A DNA stretch of 64,000 nucleotides from Felis catus (GCF_018350175.1 NC_058375.1:160022001-160086000); one strand, 5' to 3'; counted from the first letter of the stretch, positions 1-12,752 are shown. The notes: generated by a model from the sequence alone, not told the origin. Translations and numbers: made by a program.

Positions 1-428
1 TTGCTATCATAAGCACCTTCGGTCCACTTTTTTATCTCCACTCAGCTGCAGGTCACACATGCCCTGGAAACAGATGTCTAAACTAGTTAACTTATCTAAA
101 GATAATACTAGTATTAGTCGCCATCCTTTAATAAAGCTACCACTGTGACAGGACCTGTCCTTAAGTGGTTACATTCATTATGACTAATATCACTTATATA
201 CTGGAAATCTTAAGACTGCTCATGTAACATAAAGTTGACTTCTTGCATAACATTTGTTGCCTACCAGCTTTCTCTTTTCTTAGCAATCAGCTCTTTCCTG
301 ATTATATTTTATTTCTTAAATGTAGTAATTTCTCGTTAATGAAAGTTCATAGATGATGCATGCATCATGAATGTTCCAAGGCTACCAGAACAGAGAAACT
401 AATAAATTCCTTTTGCCCATCTCTACAG

Positions 429-571
429 ACTCACCACCACTGCTCTTTGAGGTGTCCTCCCTGGAGAATGCTTTCCAGATTGGAGGCCATCCTTGGCACT
501 ATATCATCACACCTAATAGGAAGAAACAGAAAGGAGTTTTCCATATTTGTGCCCTGAAAGATAATTCCTTG
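429..571 (+). CDS. DCAF17: DCAF17 internal coding exon (approx. human exon 9), 143 nt
   Basis: ctacag| acceptor and TTG|gtaaac donor. Encodes DSPPLLFEVSSLENAFQIGGHPWHYIITPNRKKQKGVFHICALKDNSL, matching DCAF17. Ends in phase 0, in frame with the next exon. Confidence 0.95.
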
Positions 572-1112
572 GTAAACCATGAGTGATCAGACTTTTTAGT
601 AGTAAATGTATATCATAAATTCTTTATTTTCTACTTTGTATTAAGAATTCCTAAGAATTACTTTTTGTTTGTGTTAATAATTTGTAAACAATGTTAGGTA
701 CAGAAGGATACAAAGAATATAACAAACGCCTGTGTATACTACCAAGCATTTAAAAACATTAACATTTGAAAATACTTAGTGACCAAAGATTTCTCATGGG
801 ATCTCGTGCAACACATCTCCCAAGCTCCATAGTGGGAATTATTGTTGCAATATGTTCAGGCTGCCTCTGAACTTGCTGGTGGAATGTGTAGTTGGTTCTG
901 TTTTTTTCGTGGTTTGCTGCTATTTGCTTTCCAGAGCAGAACCAGGTAGAACTCTGTTGGTCACAATGTAAGCACTGAAACACTTTGAATTTTCAAGAAC
1001 TTTATTTATGGCAGAATAGGAAGAAATGATAAGACATGGTAAGACAATAGAAATTTCTACTCCTTGAGTTCATTTTTATTTTCTTTTTGAAAATGATTTA
1101 GGCATTGATTTA

Positions 1113-1170
1113 TAATTTAATTTAATTTAATTTAATTTAATTTAATTTAATTTAATTTAATTTAATTTAA
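1113..1170. repeat. (TTTAA)n pentanucleotide microsatellite
   Basis: About 11 perfect units read directly. Confidence 0.95.
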
Positions 1171-1883
1171 AGAGTGCCTAATGTGGGCCAGGCATGGCTG
1201 GGGACACCTTCCTTCCTTCAAGTTGCTTATGCTCTCTAAAGCACACATGTAGATAAGTAAGATGCAGTCTGTTAACTGCAATTAATTAATTAATCTGTAA
1301 TTAAGATAAGTGCCAAAGAGTGAATGCACAGTGATGATGGGTAGAGGGGTTCCATCTTTGTTTTCTATTGCTGAGTTAGTGTAGTTTATTTCTGGAACCT
1401 CCTGATATATGAGATGAACTTAATTTTTCTGAATCAGACTCCACTTATTCCATATCTATCACTTCCAGGACCGTGCTCAATCAGTCACTGTTTGATTCAG
1501 TGGCTTTTAGAGTCACAGGCCACCTTACACCACACTGAAGATCAACATAGTCTTGGGTCCAGTTATCTATTTCTGTTGATGTCGCCACCAGGGAACACTA
1601 TGTATAGTGTCTTCTAGTTTCCTTCTGTCGGAACATTGTTCCCTTCCATTTTCTCATTTACCTGTCACATGTGGCAGCTCCAGTGACGTCCTCTTTTACA
1701 GTGGCCTCTCTAGATAGAGGCTGTCATGACAAGTCTGTGATTTGATTATTCACCTCGCAGCCAGTGAACATTCTTCAACCACCAGGACCTGTCATAGCCC
1801 TCTTTCACTTAACTTTTCCATCCTGTCAAACCCCGTACAATTCTAGATATTCTTTTTATATAAGAACAGATAATATATATTAT

Positions 1884-1908
1884 TGTGTGTGTGTGTGCAC
1901 GTGCATGT

Positions 1909-1941
<33 letters not shown>
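1884..1941. repeat. (TG)n-(CA)n compound microsatellite
   Basis: TG run, then cacgtgcatgtg, then CA run. Confidence 0.9.
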
Positions 1942-1946
<5 letters not shown>

Positions 1947-3918
1947 GCTTCCAGCATCTATACCAAGCATGTCTATCAAGTACTGTCCTGTAATAACTGA
2001 TTATAACATCTAGTCAAATCTGTATTTCAACATATTCATAACTAATTGCCAAATCCAGGGAAAGTTTTCAATCCTTTTGCCAGACAGCTTTCTGGTAAGG
2101 ACATTAATTTAAGGATGCATATGCCCTTTACTTCCCCACCTGTCAGTCAAAAGAGTAGATTACCCAAAAACACATGCAGCCAAACTGAAGAATTCAGAAA
2201 ATGTTTCATAGCTTTCTATTAAACTGAGCTTTAAAATCTAGCATTCAAGCACATAATAAAAACTGCAGAAGCTGGTAATAATGCTGTCTTATATTTAAAA
2301 GATAGTATTTCTTTTGCATGTTATAGTTATTACAATGAAGAGAATCGTCTAAAGAAAGATATGTATAGTATGTGCATGTTTGATATTAAAGGAACATCTG
2401 GAGTTAATGCCATCTTGGATATGTTAATTTTAGTGGTAGCAAACAAGGTATTTAATTCCATTGAGTTTCTTATGTATATACAATGTGATAATACCGCCAT
2501 TCCTATTAGAAATTATTAGGATACTTATAAAAATTCCTTAAAAATTAAAACATGCACTAGTACAGAATATGTGTTAAATTCCTTTTTTTTTTTAAGCATG
2601 GAATTCAAAAAAGTAGCCCCCACCTACTTCTCTAGTCTCATGACTGGACACCATGCATATTTTCTAGGAGCCAGAATTAAGATTTTTATTCATGTGTATG
2701 CACACACATGCTGTATGGATTAACATTTTTGTGCTTCAGATTTTGCCATCTCTTGTAGCCATTTTGTACTCATCCTTTAAGGCTTACTTCAAGCTCTTTT
2801 TTTCATCCTGAAATTCTGCTCACTTGGGTTGAATGCTTGATAATATCCTGTGTGTGGCTTGATCACTTTGTTTTCTACACCGTCTTATTCTTTTCTGTTC
2901 TGTTTGTGTTTCTGCCTCCCTTTTTGATAATGAGATTTTGACGGCAAGGGTTATGTTTAGTTCATGTGTGGTATGAACACCTAGTGTGATACTTGAGACA
3001 TAGTATCCTGTCAGTATATGCTAGTGAAATTAGTAAGTTAATATTTCAAAAATATGAGTATCTAATAGGCAAGGTGGTATCACTTCATTTTGTGTTGGAA
3101 AAATTAAAGAAATTAAATGAAATTAATGTATCCATGCTGGTATTAGTTCCCAGTGCTCCTTTGTATAAGGTAAAACATTTATGTACATATGTGATCATAT
3201 ATCACGGAGGTAACTTCTCTTTATTTTAATGTCTAAATGTCCTGCCATGAAATAAATCTCTCCTTGCCTAAAAGGCTAAGCAGACCTAAAAGGCTATTAG
3301 ACCATTTCCTCATTATTAGAGGTTAACATCTGACTTATCCAAAAAGATTATGTGACCTGTTTCTGAGATTTTAGATTGGGTTGCATATTTATTTGTGCGC
3401 TACGCACGCTTTTTGACAGTTTATTAGGGATGGGCAAGGGAAGAAGAAGTTGTAGGGGACTGCATGTGCATAATTATACAGAGTTATATAATGGAAAGTC
3501 CTTGGGCTTTGGAGTCAGAGCTGCTGTTTTGCAGCTGCAAAACATTGAGCAAATGATTTGTCCTCTTTGTGATTTTATCCTCATCAAAATGGGGGTAGTC
3601 ACATGTGCTTTGTGTATTGTTAAAATCAAATGAAATGGCTCTAAAACATCTACCACAATGTCTGACACAAAATAGATGCTTGAGATAGGATTACTGTTAG
3701 GTTGTTATTTGTGAGGCAAACTGTATGGTACAGAGCAGATGTTCTGGATTTCTCAAGTATGACTGCCTAAATTCAGTTCTTCTGCATATCCCAGTTCAAC
3801 TGTTGATATTTTCTTTTCCCTGTAGCTTTGATTTACTGATCTATCATTGATGTTAGATTTGAAAACTTATTTTATTCTCCCTTAATCTTTATTTTCAATA
3901 TTTTTTCCCCAACTTTAG

Positions 3919-4023
3919 GCAAAAAATGGGATCCAAGAAATGGAATGTTGTTCTCTAGAATCTGACTGGATCTATTTTCATCCTGATGCTTCTGGTAGAA
4001 TAATACATGTTGGCCCCAATCAG
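3919..4023 (+). CDS. DCAF17: DCAF17 coding exon (approx. exon 10); 3' end lost in N gap
   Basis: Polypyrimidine tract and ttttag| acceptor. Encodes AKNGIQEMECCSLESDWIYFHPDASGRIIHVGPNQ. The gap starts at 4024, so about 5 nt and the donor are missing. Confidence 0.93.
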
Positions 4024-4199
4024 NNNNNNNNNNNNNNNNNNNNNNNNNNNNNNNNNNNNNNNNNNNNNNNNNNNNNNNNNNNNNNNNNNNNNNNNNNNNN
4101 NNNNNNNNNNNNNNNNNNNNNNNNNNNNNNNNNNNNNNNNNNNNNNNNNNNNNNNNNNNNNNNNNNNNNNNNNNNNNNNNNNNNNNNNNNNNNNNNNNN

Positions 4200-4311
4200 C
4201 ACACCAGCAGCGCAGAGCCTGATGCAGAGCTTGACTTCATGAACCCTGAGATCATGACCTGAGCTGAAATCAAGAACCAGATGCTTAACCAACTGAGCCA
4301 CCCAGGTGCCC
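4200..4311 (-). mobile_element. CAN-SINE, partial (tail in gap)
   Basis: Reverse complement of the tRNA-derived head (…actgagccacccaggtgccc). Confidence 0.9.
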
Positions 4312-5088
4312 TTCAAGTGAGTATTTTCATTAGTTGCTTTAAAGCGAAAAGTAGCTTTTGGAAGCATTTATTGGCGTGTTTATTTTTGCCAGCTCACTGC
4401 TGACCCAATTACAGAAATAATTAGCTTGTTGTAGGTTGCTTCCTCAGAGAACCTGACTTTATTCTTTCAGCCTTCTCATTACTGTTTGTAGATATTACAT
4501 TTAAATAAATTCTTTGGTGGATGATATATGGGTAAAAGGAGATTCAGATTGGCTTGTCTTCGTCAGGTTTTAATTCTCTAGGATTAATGAGAGATGATTG
4601 TTTTTGGTGTAAAAGATAGCTTTAGTGCAGGAGTTGTTTGAAGTGAACCTTGTTTTGTTTTGTTGACCCACATCTACATCCAGCTGACCTTTCCTTCCTT
4701 GAAATACTCTTCATTTGGCTTCCCCGACGCCACAGTTCTCCTGAATATTTCTCTCCCTCTTTGATGTGTCTTTCTTCATGTCCTTTCATGGTCATCCTCT
4801 TCTAGAGGAAGTCTTCCAGACTTTAATTATTACATGTCCTCAGGATTTAGACCCTATTTTCTTCTCACTCTTCATTCCCTTTCTGCATGATTCTATTTAT
4901 TCCTTTGGCTTCAAAGATCATGTGTACACCAAAACTCCAAAATTTATATCCTTGCCCAAATTTCTCATCTAAGCTCAGCCAAAAATCTGGAATTATTCTT
5001 AACACTTTGTTACCTTCTTGTCTTTCTTTCATCATATGCATATACTCTTGACTTTTCATATACATATACTCATGTACATTGCCCCCAT

Positions 5089-5169
5089 CTCTCTCTCTCT
5101 CTCTTTCCCTTTCTCTCTCTCCCTCCCTCTTGCTCACCCCCTCCCTGTCCCTTACATACACACACACAC

Positions 5170-5207
<38 letters not shown>
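5089..5207. repeat. (CT)n/(CA)n compound microsatellite within a probable L2 remnant
   Basis: Read directly. The flanks (about 4680-5910) look L2-like. Confidence 0.8.
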
Positions 5208-5209
<2 letters not shown>

Positions 5210-6101
5210 GCACCATATATCCTGTGAATCCTTTGTTGTTGTTGTATTACTAAATTTTCCTAAATCCTCCTCTTCCTGCCCTTGGCCATTGTCACCATGT
5301 TTGTCAGACCATTGTCATCATTAGCCTGGACTATATTAATAGGCTACCTCCTGGACTCCAAGAATTATTTTTGCACTCTTTAAGTCTATTTTCTTCTCAG
5401 CAGTGACAGTGATTTTTAGGAACATTAACAAACACAAAAACCTAACTAAATGGATTCTACTTTAACCTTCTTATGGCTTCTTGTTCCTGAGATAAAGACC
5501 AGCATACTTAGTATGGTCTGGAGGATCATCCTCCCACTCAGTTTACTTCAGCAGTGCCGTCATTTCAGAAAGCTGGGGGCTGTTTCCTCTGGAATGTGTT
5601 TCCCCTCCCTGTTGTGCCTCATTTCTATTCATATTTCATGCCCCAGCTTAAACATCCTTTTTTTGCAGAGTCCTTCCCTGAGACCCCTCGTTAGATTCGC
5701 TCCCCCATCACATTTTCATTGCACCCACTGTGTCATGTTCTTCTAACACAGCAATTTTAATTAGTTATCTATGTGATCATCTGTTTAAATATCTAGCTTT
5801 AGAATCAGCAACTCCATAATGACAGAGAAAGAGTCTGTTTTGCTGATATTTAGAACCCCAGCACTTGAACATAGTGCTTAGCACAGAGTAGGTGCTCCGT
5901 AAGTTTGTTGAATAAGAAAGGTATTGTCTGCCTTATTTATTCCTCATGCTTCATGATAATTAATCTACTTCTCTGGATTGATTATAAAGATGATAAAGGG
6001 ACTTAATTAAATAAGATGATGAACTTTTATAAAAAGTCTTAAAATCTATAGTTTAGCTTTATTAAACCATACTTTTAATGTTTGTTGCTACCCACCTTTT
6101 A

Positions 6102-6328
6102 AAAAAAAAAACTTTATTTCTTTTGAGAGAGAGAAAGCGTGCGTGCGTGCTTGTGTGTGTATGTGTGTGTGCGTGTGAACGAGCAGGGAAGGGACAGGGA
6201 AGGGGCAGAGAGAATCCCAAGGAGGCTCTGTGCTGACGCAGGGCTCCATCTCACAAACTGGTGAGATTGTGACCTGGGCTGAAATCAAGAGTCAGACACT
6301 TACCCCACTGAGCCACCCAGGCACCTCT
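6102..6328 (-). mobile_element. CAN-SINE
   Basis: TSD ctacccacctttta at 6088-6101 and 6329-6342. Confidence 0.93.
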
Positions 6329-6470
6329 CTACCCACCTTTTAGTAGTACTTTGAGTTTAAGAAGATAAGAGCCACAGAGTGTGTGCCCTTTTGGCAAGTT
6401 CTAAAAGATAGGCACTTTTAAATAATTAAGATAATGAATTGAGTAATTTAAAATACAATCTGATTTCTTT

Positions 6471-6698
6471 TTTTTTTTTTTTTTTAATTTTTTTTCAACG
6501 TTTATTTATTTTTGGGACAGAGAGAGACAGAGCATGAACGGGGGAGGGGCAGAGAGAGAGGGAGACACAGAATCGGAAACAGGCTCCAGGCTCTGAGCCA
6601 TCAGCTCAGAGCCTGACGTGGGGCTCGAACTCCCGGACCGCGAGATCGTGACCTGGCTGAAGTCGGACGCTTAACCGACTGCGCCACCCAGGCGCCCC
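6471..6698 (-). mobile_element. Young felid SINE (SINEC_Fc-like)
   Basis: CpGs intact, long poly(T), perfect TSD caatctgatttcttt at 6456-6470 and 6699-6713. Confidence 0.95.
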
Positions 6699-7046
6699 CA
6701 ATCTGATTTCTTTGTCTCTGGCAAAGAAAGCCTCCTGGTTCTCTCTGGCCACTGTGGCTGCTACTCCCTGCTATTCTTTTTGCTTGCATTCTAGATTTTA
6801 TGCTTTAATAACATTGTGCTTTTGAAGCTTGTTAATGCTGTGAACAGATTTGTGTGGGTGGTGAGCAAATTATTTTATTTTCTCTTGCTTAATAAGTTTG
6901 ATCCATAAGGCCATTTGCACTCAGAAAACCCAAATCTTTAAATATAATCCTACAAAAAAAAAAGTGTTAAGTAAATTGCAGTTTTCAAATATTACTCTTT
7001 TATGAAAACTCTTAGTTTAGGCTTAGTTGCTAATCGAGTCTCTCCC

Positions 7047-7330
7047 TTTTTTTTAATTTTAAATGTTTATTTATTTATTTTGAGAGAAAGAGAGAGCCAG
7101 GGAGGGCCAGAGGGAGGAGGAAGGGAGGGAGGGAGAGAGAGAGGGACTGTGTGTGTGTGTGTGTGTGTGTGGACGAGAGGCAGAAGGGCAGAGAGAGAGA
7201 GGGGAGAGAAGGAGGGAGAATCCGAAGCACAGAGCCCGACATGGGTCTCAAACTCACAAACCGTGAGACCGTGACCTGAGCCAAAATCAAGAGTCAGACA
7301 CTTAACTGACTGAGCAACCCCAGGTGCCCC
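7047..7330 (-). mobile_element. CAN-SINE with expanded GA/GT tract
   Basis: Head, (CT)n body and A-rich tail on the minus strand. Confidence 0.9.
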
Positions 7331-7783
7331 AAATCCAATCTGTCATATAGTTAACTCTGAGTATTGGTCATTAATATCTCATGATAGATTCAGAAGTAAA
7401 AAATGCCAATATCTAGTATAATGCCATTGTTAAAACTGAAACATTAAAGACTTGTTGCAGGACAACAAAGATAAGGTTCTTTAAGAGTAACTTTCAGTAA
7501 GCCAGTTTGAAAGATGGCTTAAGCCTGAGGAAGCTGCTTCATTACCTACCTCAGGAGTACCTGTTGTCACAGGTTTTTCTGTCTAACAAAATCTCTGAAT
7601 TTGAAGGAGTTTCTGGACACTTAAGTGATCAGACATGAACATTTCAGACTACGCAGGAGGAGAGAACTAACTCAGTGTTGTTACTGTACTTTTCATTTGT
7701 TAAGTTTTATTTCAGTAGTTCAACTTTACCACTTTGATGGTGTGTTGAGGTCTTAGGTTCTTAGAATCTGTTTTCCTTTTCAG

Positions 7784-7874
7784 AGTTTTAAAGCTAAATG
7801 AAGTAGAAAATAATAGTGCCCAGCATCAGATCTCTGAAGACTTTGTCATTTTGGCCAACAGGGAGAAGAACAAA
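7784..7874 (+). CDS. DCAF17: DCAF17 coding exon (approx. exon 11), 91 nt
   Basis: tttcag| acceptor and AAA|gtaagt donor. Encodes VLKLNEVENNSAQHQISEDFVILANREKNK. Confidence 0.95.
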
Positions 7875-8508
7875 GTAAGTCAGGAGTACTTTAAAATTCT
7901 TCGTATATCACTGTCTTTCTATTTGAGACTATAGTATGCAAATGTGTTTGTCTTTCGGTGTGGCTGAAAAGAACAGCACGATCCTGTAGAAATCTGAGTG
8001 GTTTTGTCTGCATAGGGAGCTAGGCTTAGCCTCATGCACAGTTGAGATTTGAAAAGAGTTGGTTATATTAAGCTGTCTTTTGCTAATTTCTGTTTCCTTT
8101 CTGGGTTTCTCTTTTAGTTTTCATTGATGAGTTATCGACCTTTGGGTTTAATTCATTGTGCAAACTTGGAGTCAGTTGGGTTAAATATGAATCAGAAATC
8201 ACATACCATGCTTTAACTCCAGGTAGTTGTTTTCTTTTAGTGTGCAAATTAAGAGCATGAAGAAAATTATGTGGAGAGAAATTTCTAAAAGCAGATCCAC
8301 TGCTTTTGGTATTTTATCCATTAATTTATGATAGTAAAGTATTTTTGCTAATAGGAGGATCAGAAATCTGATTTAGAATTTTCTCAGTAGAAGAAAGAAT
8401 TATGGGTGTTGGAGAAGGGTTGATTGTTTAACCAAATTTAATACAATTTTGCTATTTGCTGTACATGATAGGACTCATCATATCTTTTTATTTGTCTCCA
8501 TATGATAG

Positions 8509-8592
8509 AATGAAAATTTACTCACTGTTACAGCTTCTGGACGGGTGGTGAAAAAAAAATTTAACCTTCTGGATGATGACCCAGAACAAGAG
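8509..8592 (+). CDS. DCAF17: DCAF17 coding exon (approx. exon 12), 84 nt
   Basis: tgatag| acceptor and GAG|gtatta donor. Encodes NENLLTVTASGRVVKKKFNLLDDDPEQE, phase 0/0. Confidence 0.95.
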
Positions 8593-8782
8593 GTATTACT
8601 TTAGCCAGACGTAGCAAACCAAATGAGTGTGTACTAGCCCTAAGGTTTTTAAATTATGCTTCCCAAACTCTGGGGTAGAGGTTCGGAGTGAGCAGTTCCA
8701 TACAGACTTCGTTGGTAGGATTGTGCGTGCTATTTCAACCAATGCGTCCCCATCATCTGCTCTTCTCATATTAGAATTATTC

Positions 8783-8935
8783 GGCCCCGTGTCAGGCTCT
8801 GGGCTGATGGCTCAGAGCCTGGAGCCTGTTTCCGATTCTGTGTCTCCCTCTCTCTCTGCCCCTCCCCCGTTCATGCTCTGTCTCTCTCTGTCCCAAAAAA
8901 TAAATAAACGTTGAAAAAAAAAATTAAAAAAAAAA
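8783..8935 (+). mobile_element. 5'-truncated young SINEC_Fc
   Basis: Lacks the head. TSD agaattattc at 8773-8782 and 8936-8945, with a poly(A) tail. Confidence 0.92.
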
Positions 8936-10616
8936 AGAATTATTCATAAGATTTTGTTTGCAGAAAGATTTATAGAGCCAAAACAATTTGAAAACACTAC
9001 TAGCTTATTGCTTGTTAATATATACAGGGTTTTTTCCTTTTCTTTCTTTTTTTTTTTTTTTTTAACGTGCACACTTTGTAGGGAAATATATCCTGATGAC
9101 TTTATGGCTTTTCCTTTACAAGATACAGATATGTTTATTAATGATCGTGGGCCAGGGAAGAAGGGTGTGAGGGTGTGGTAAATTAGTTCAGCCTGTGGCC
9201 TGAACTTGACATCGCCAGTCACTGAGCTAATACATTTTTATCCTTTTCTTTTAAAGAGGCACTGAAAGTTCTTATGAAATCAACTGGCAGTGATAATGCT
9301 TTGAATATGTAACCATTGCATGAATACAGAGTCTATTTAGACCAGATAATTGTATTCGTTCTGTGACCATTTCTAGGTAGAAATATTAGAGTAGCCTTCT
9401 AAGGATAGTTTTTGAAAATCTTTTTCAAAGGTTAGAGGTTTCCCAGTATGTGGCTGCACTCCAAAAAGTATGTGGCTGCATGCCATATATATATGGCAAC
9501 AATAATTAACAAGAAGAAGGTGGTAGCAAAAAGAGAGATAGTCTCCATCAAGAGCTTAGAAAACAAGGTTTAGCCTGCAAAGGAAAAACCAAAAGGGATT
9601 GTAACTAAAGGCTATAAAATCACTGACACCCAGGCAAGAAGTCACTCTTTGAAGTTTGACCAAGGTAATATTAAGGCAAAAAAGTAAATAAAAAGGAACC
9701 ATGTATAATAAATCTGATAAAGTTTTATGTTATGGGTAGTAAAGGCAGAAAATATAAGTGGATTAAAAAGTAGTTTTACCAAATGTAAGTGAAGGATTCG
9801 TATGTGGTGGTTAAAAGAAACTTGTGCCTGCCAAAATGTGCCCTCCTGTAGCCCATCCTTGGATGGCTGGCACAGATCTGCTTCCCCTGTGAGGCTATTG
9901 GAGTCCCAGGTTTTCTTCTTTAAACAGAGTTCTGAGGTTAGATTTTTCTCTTGTAAGTCTTTACCATCATTAGTCATTTCCAAGAAATATCTCTTATCCC
10001 AGTTCTGTTCTGTGGGTTGGATTTCAGTTCCTAGTTAATATTCTTCCCCAAGTGTAAGCAGCCATTTTTACTTTTTTTTAGAGGACCAAAAAGAGTTAAA
10101 AAAAAAAAAAAAAAAAAAAAGATGGCAAAGAGAGTCATAAATAGTATGTGATAGGTCATCAGTTCTTCCTGAAATGACTTGTGATTTTCTGGTGTAAGAC
10201 TCTTCTGACACAGTAGGTAGTTTTTAGGTTTCAGAACTGAGCTGCATATATTTAGTACTATCTGGGAACCAGTGAACACACACGTCAGAGGCAGCAGTTG
10301 AACACCTCTTTGGAACTTGGAGAAGTTCTGGGTTGCTGTCATAATAGAGAATTTCAATAATACTTTGGCCAAGATCTGCATAGACTTGAGTCTGTTAGAA
10401 TCTGTGGGATGCTGCTTAAGTCTTCAGAATCTTGGGACTTTTACTAGGCATAAAAGTAGAGACACATTTCTACTTATGCTCTCACCCATTCGTTCTTCTT
10501 TCCACATTTTTAAAATAGAAAGATAATAGAAGAGTTAAACTATGAACAGGAATAATCCTAAGTGGATAACTGGATTTTGCCCCTTTTTCCTGTACCTAAC
10601 CCATCCGTTCCCTAAG

Positions 10617-10772
10617 ACTTTTAAAATTGTGGACTACGAAGATGAGCTGGATTTGCTTTCTGTGNNNNNNNNNNNNNNNNNNNNNNNNNNNNNNNNNNNN
10701 NNNNNNNNNNNNNNNNNNNNNNNNNNNNNNNNNNNNNNNNNNNNNNNNNNNNNNNNNNNNNNNNNNNNNNNN
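10617..10772 (+). CDS. DCAF17: DCAF17 coding exon (approx. exon 13); only 10617-10664 visible, end inferred
   Basis: cctaag| acceptor. Encodes TFKIVDYEDELDLLSV, then N gap 10665-10796. The end is inferred from the recalled 156-nt human exon. Confidence 0.85.
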
Positions 10773-11548
10773 NNNNNNNNNNNNNNNNNNNNNNNNAGTT
10801 GTAAGAATTTTCTTCATAGGTGACATTCATTGAAACACGTGCTACTGTGTTCATGTCAGTCCAGGCTCGCCTGTACCAATGACCACATCAAAGAGGTATC
10901 ATCCGACCAGACAAAAACGAGTACTTCTTAAACCTTCCTTCCCTAGGAACTAGAGGACGCCTCCTTTCCGGAGGCCCTAAAGATAAAGTTTTATGTTTTA
11001 TTCTGAGACATGCTGTTTATTTCCTTACCATAGTCTTAGGTTTTCTCACATTTTATAAGTTTGATAACATTTTTAAAAATAGAAGCGTACTGTGTTGAAT
11101 CCCCCCAGTTAGTTAAGAGATGATATCTAAGCATGTAGGGTTTCTAGGCACTCTCAGAAATATCTGTTTACTTTTTTGATTATTATAGAATATAAAAGTT
11201 ATAAGGAAGAGTAGCTGCCATTTTATCCAATCATTTGTTTTATCAAATATCTGAGAGGTTTAGCAACTTGCCCACTGTCACACAGTGAGATAGAGTACAG
11301 GCAATGGAATCCAGGTGTTCCGACTCCTAAGACCAGGGTTCTTTTTATGTTCAACATTTCATGTAATGCCTGCCTCATAAGGAATCCGCATGTTCATAAA
11401 TAATGACAATAAACTATTTCTAGCAACTGTTTTGCTTCCATGTATATATTTGAAGATCTCTAGCATAGGTGCTATGACATTTTAGTGACACAGTTGTGAA
11501 TATGGTTGTGTGAAAAGGAGATTTCATTTGGCTGTGTTTTCATTCCAG

Positions 11549-11695
11549 ACATACAGCCATGAAGTCTACTTTGACAGAGACTTGGTACTACACATAGAAC
11601 AGAAACCCAGCAGGGTCTTCAGCTGCTACGTTTACCAGATGGTATGTGACCCTGGAGAAGAAGAAACAACAAACAGAAGTTGTGAAAAGGAGTGA
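11549..11695 (+). CDS. DCAF17: DCAF17 terminal coding exon
   Basis: ttccag| acceptor. Encodes TYSHEVYFDRDLVLHIEQKPSRVFSCYVYQMVCDPGEEETTNRSCEKE, ending in TGA. Confidence 0.95.
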   Translation, partial: TYSHEVYFDRDLVLHIEQKPSRVFSCYVYQMVCDPGEEETTNRSCEKE

Positions 11696-12746
11696 GATAC
11701 TTTTAAAACTTGAGATGTAACTCATGAGACTTTTAGCCACATAGCCAAGCAACTATGTTCAGTCCTCCTCTCTGTTATCTGTGTAGCAAGTTCTCCAGTA
11801 TTTTCTAGAAAACATCTTGTATTGACCTCACATGACTGTGACTTCTTTTTTAAATTATTGCCATACAAGTGGTAAGGACTTCATTTTATGGAGAGAGTTT
11901 TTTAGAATGGCATCCCAAGAAGTCTAGCATTTAGAGCTTTTAGCTAGGTGGTGATGCAAATATCAGGTGTTGGGGAGCACAGAAAAACAAATTGGTGTCA
12001 GTTGTTGGGAGAAGGGTACTGATGGAGAAGTGTTAAACATGGTTCTTAAAGGATGGTATGGAATTTTGATTGGTAAGACAATGCAGTAGAGACAAAAAAA
12101 AAAAAAAAAAAAAAAGACGTAAAGGGTTCAGAAAGACATGCTCCATCCTGTATACCAAACTTTGCCTTAGGGTGAGAAATGAGATCCATAATGTGAAATA
12201 ATACCTTTGAGCCAAAAATGTGTCATCATGTTTTTTTTAATCATATATGTGTATATATGTATATGTTTATATTTATATGTAGCATTAGGAATTGGTTCTA
12301 GTTCTCAGATGATCTTTTCTTCCATGGTTTTATTCTCTTGGCTTGGTGTTCCCATTGGTTATTTACATTTCTATCACAGACTAATGTAAAAGATTCCAAG
12401 CAAACTTTAAGTGAAAATTTTTCCTGATATGTAGCCTGTTTAGCTCTGAATATATCTAAGAATGTTGTACTCATTTCACCATTCTGTTTATTTGGTAAGT
12501 TTCCCAGTTCTGCTTAGGCAGTATTTTCATACCTATGCAATAAGATGAAAGTATCCTGGATCCCCCCAGTTCTGTTCCTTGTGGAAGAGTAGATAAAGTC
12601 TCAATTCCTACTAGCTTGGGGACTGACTGATTAGCTAGAAAAGGCTTTTGACTCTGGCTTAGTTGTGAAACCAGTATTTTTGCTTCTTTGTTAGGACCAA
12701 TATAGATATAATCCTTGAACTCAGATAATCATTCGTCAGATTGTTA

Positions 12747-12752
12747 AATAAA
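12747..12752 (+). terminator. Candidate DCAF17 polyadenylation signal (AATAAA)
   Basis: First AATAAA I found after the stop, with a U-rich tract about 25 nt downstream. An alternative ATTAAA lies at 12958-12963. The true UTR may extend further. Confidence 0.35.

Noticed and set aside
6471-6698. tRNA genes suggested by A/B-box-like motifs
   Set aside because: These are tRNA-derived CAN-SINE heads with (CT)n bodies, poly(A) tails and TSDs.
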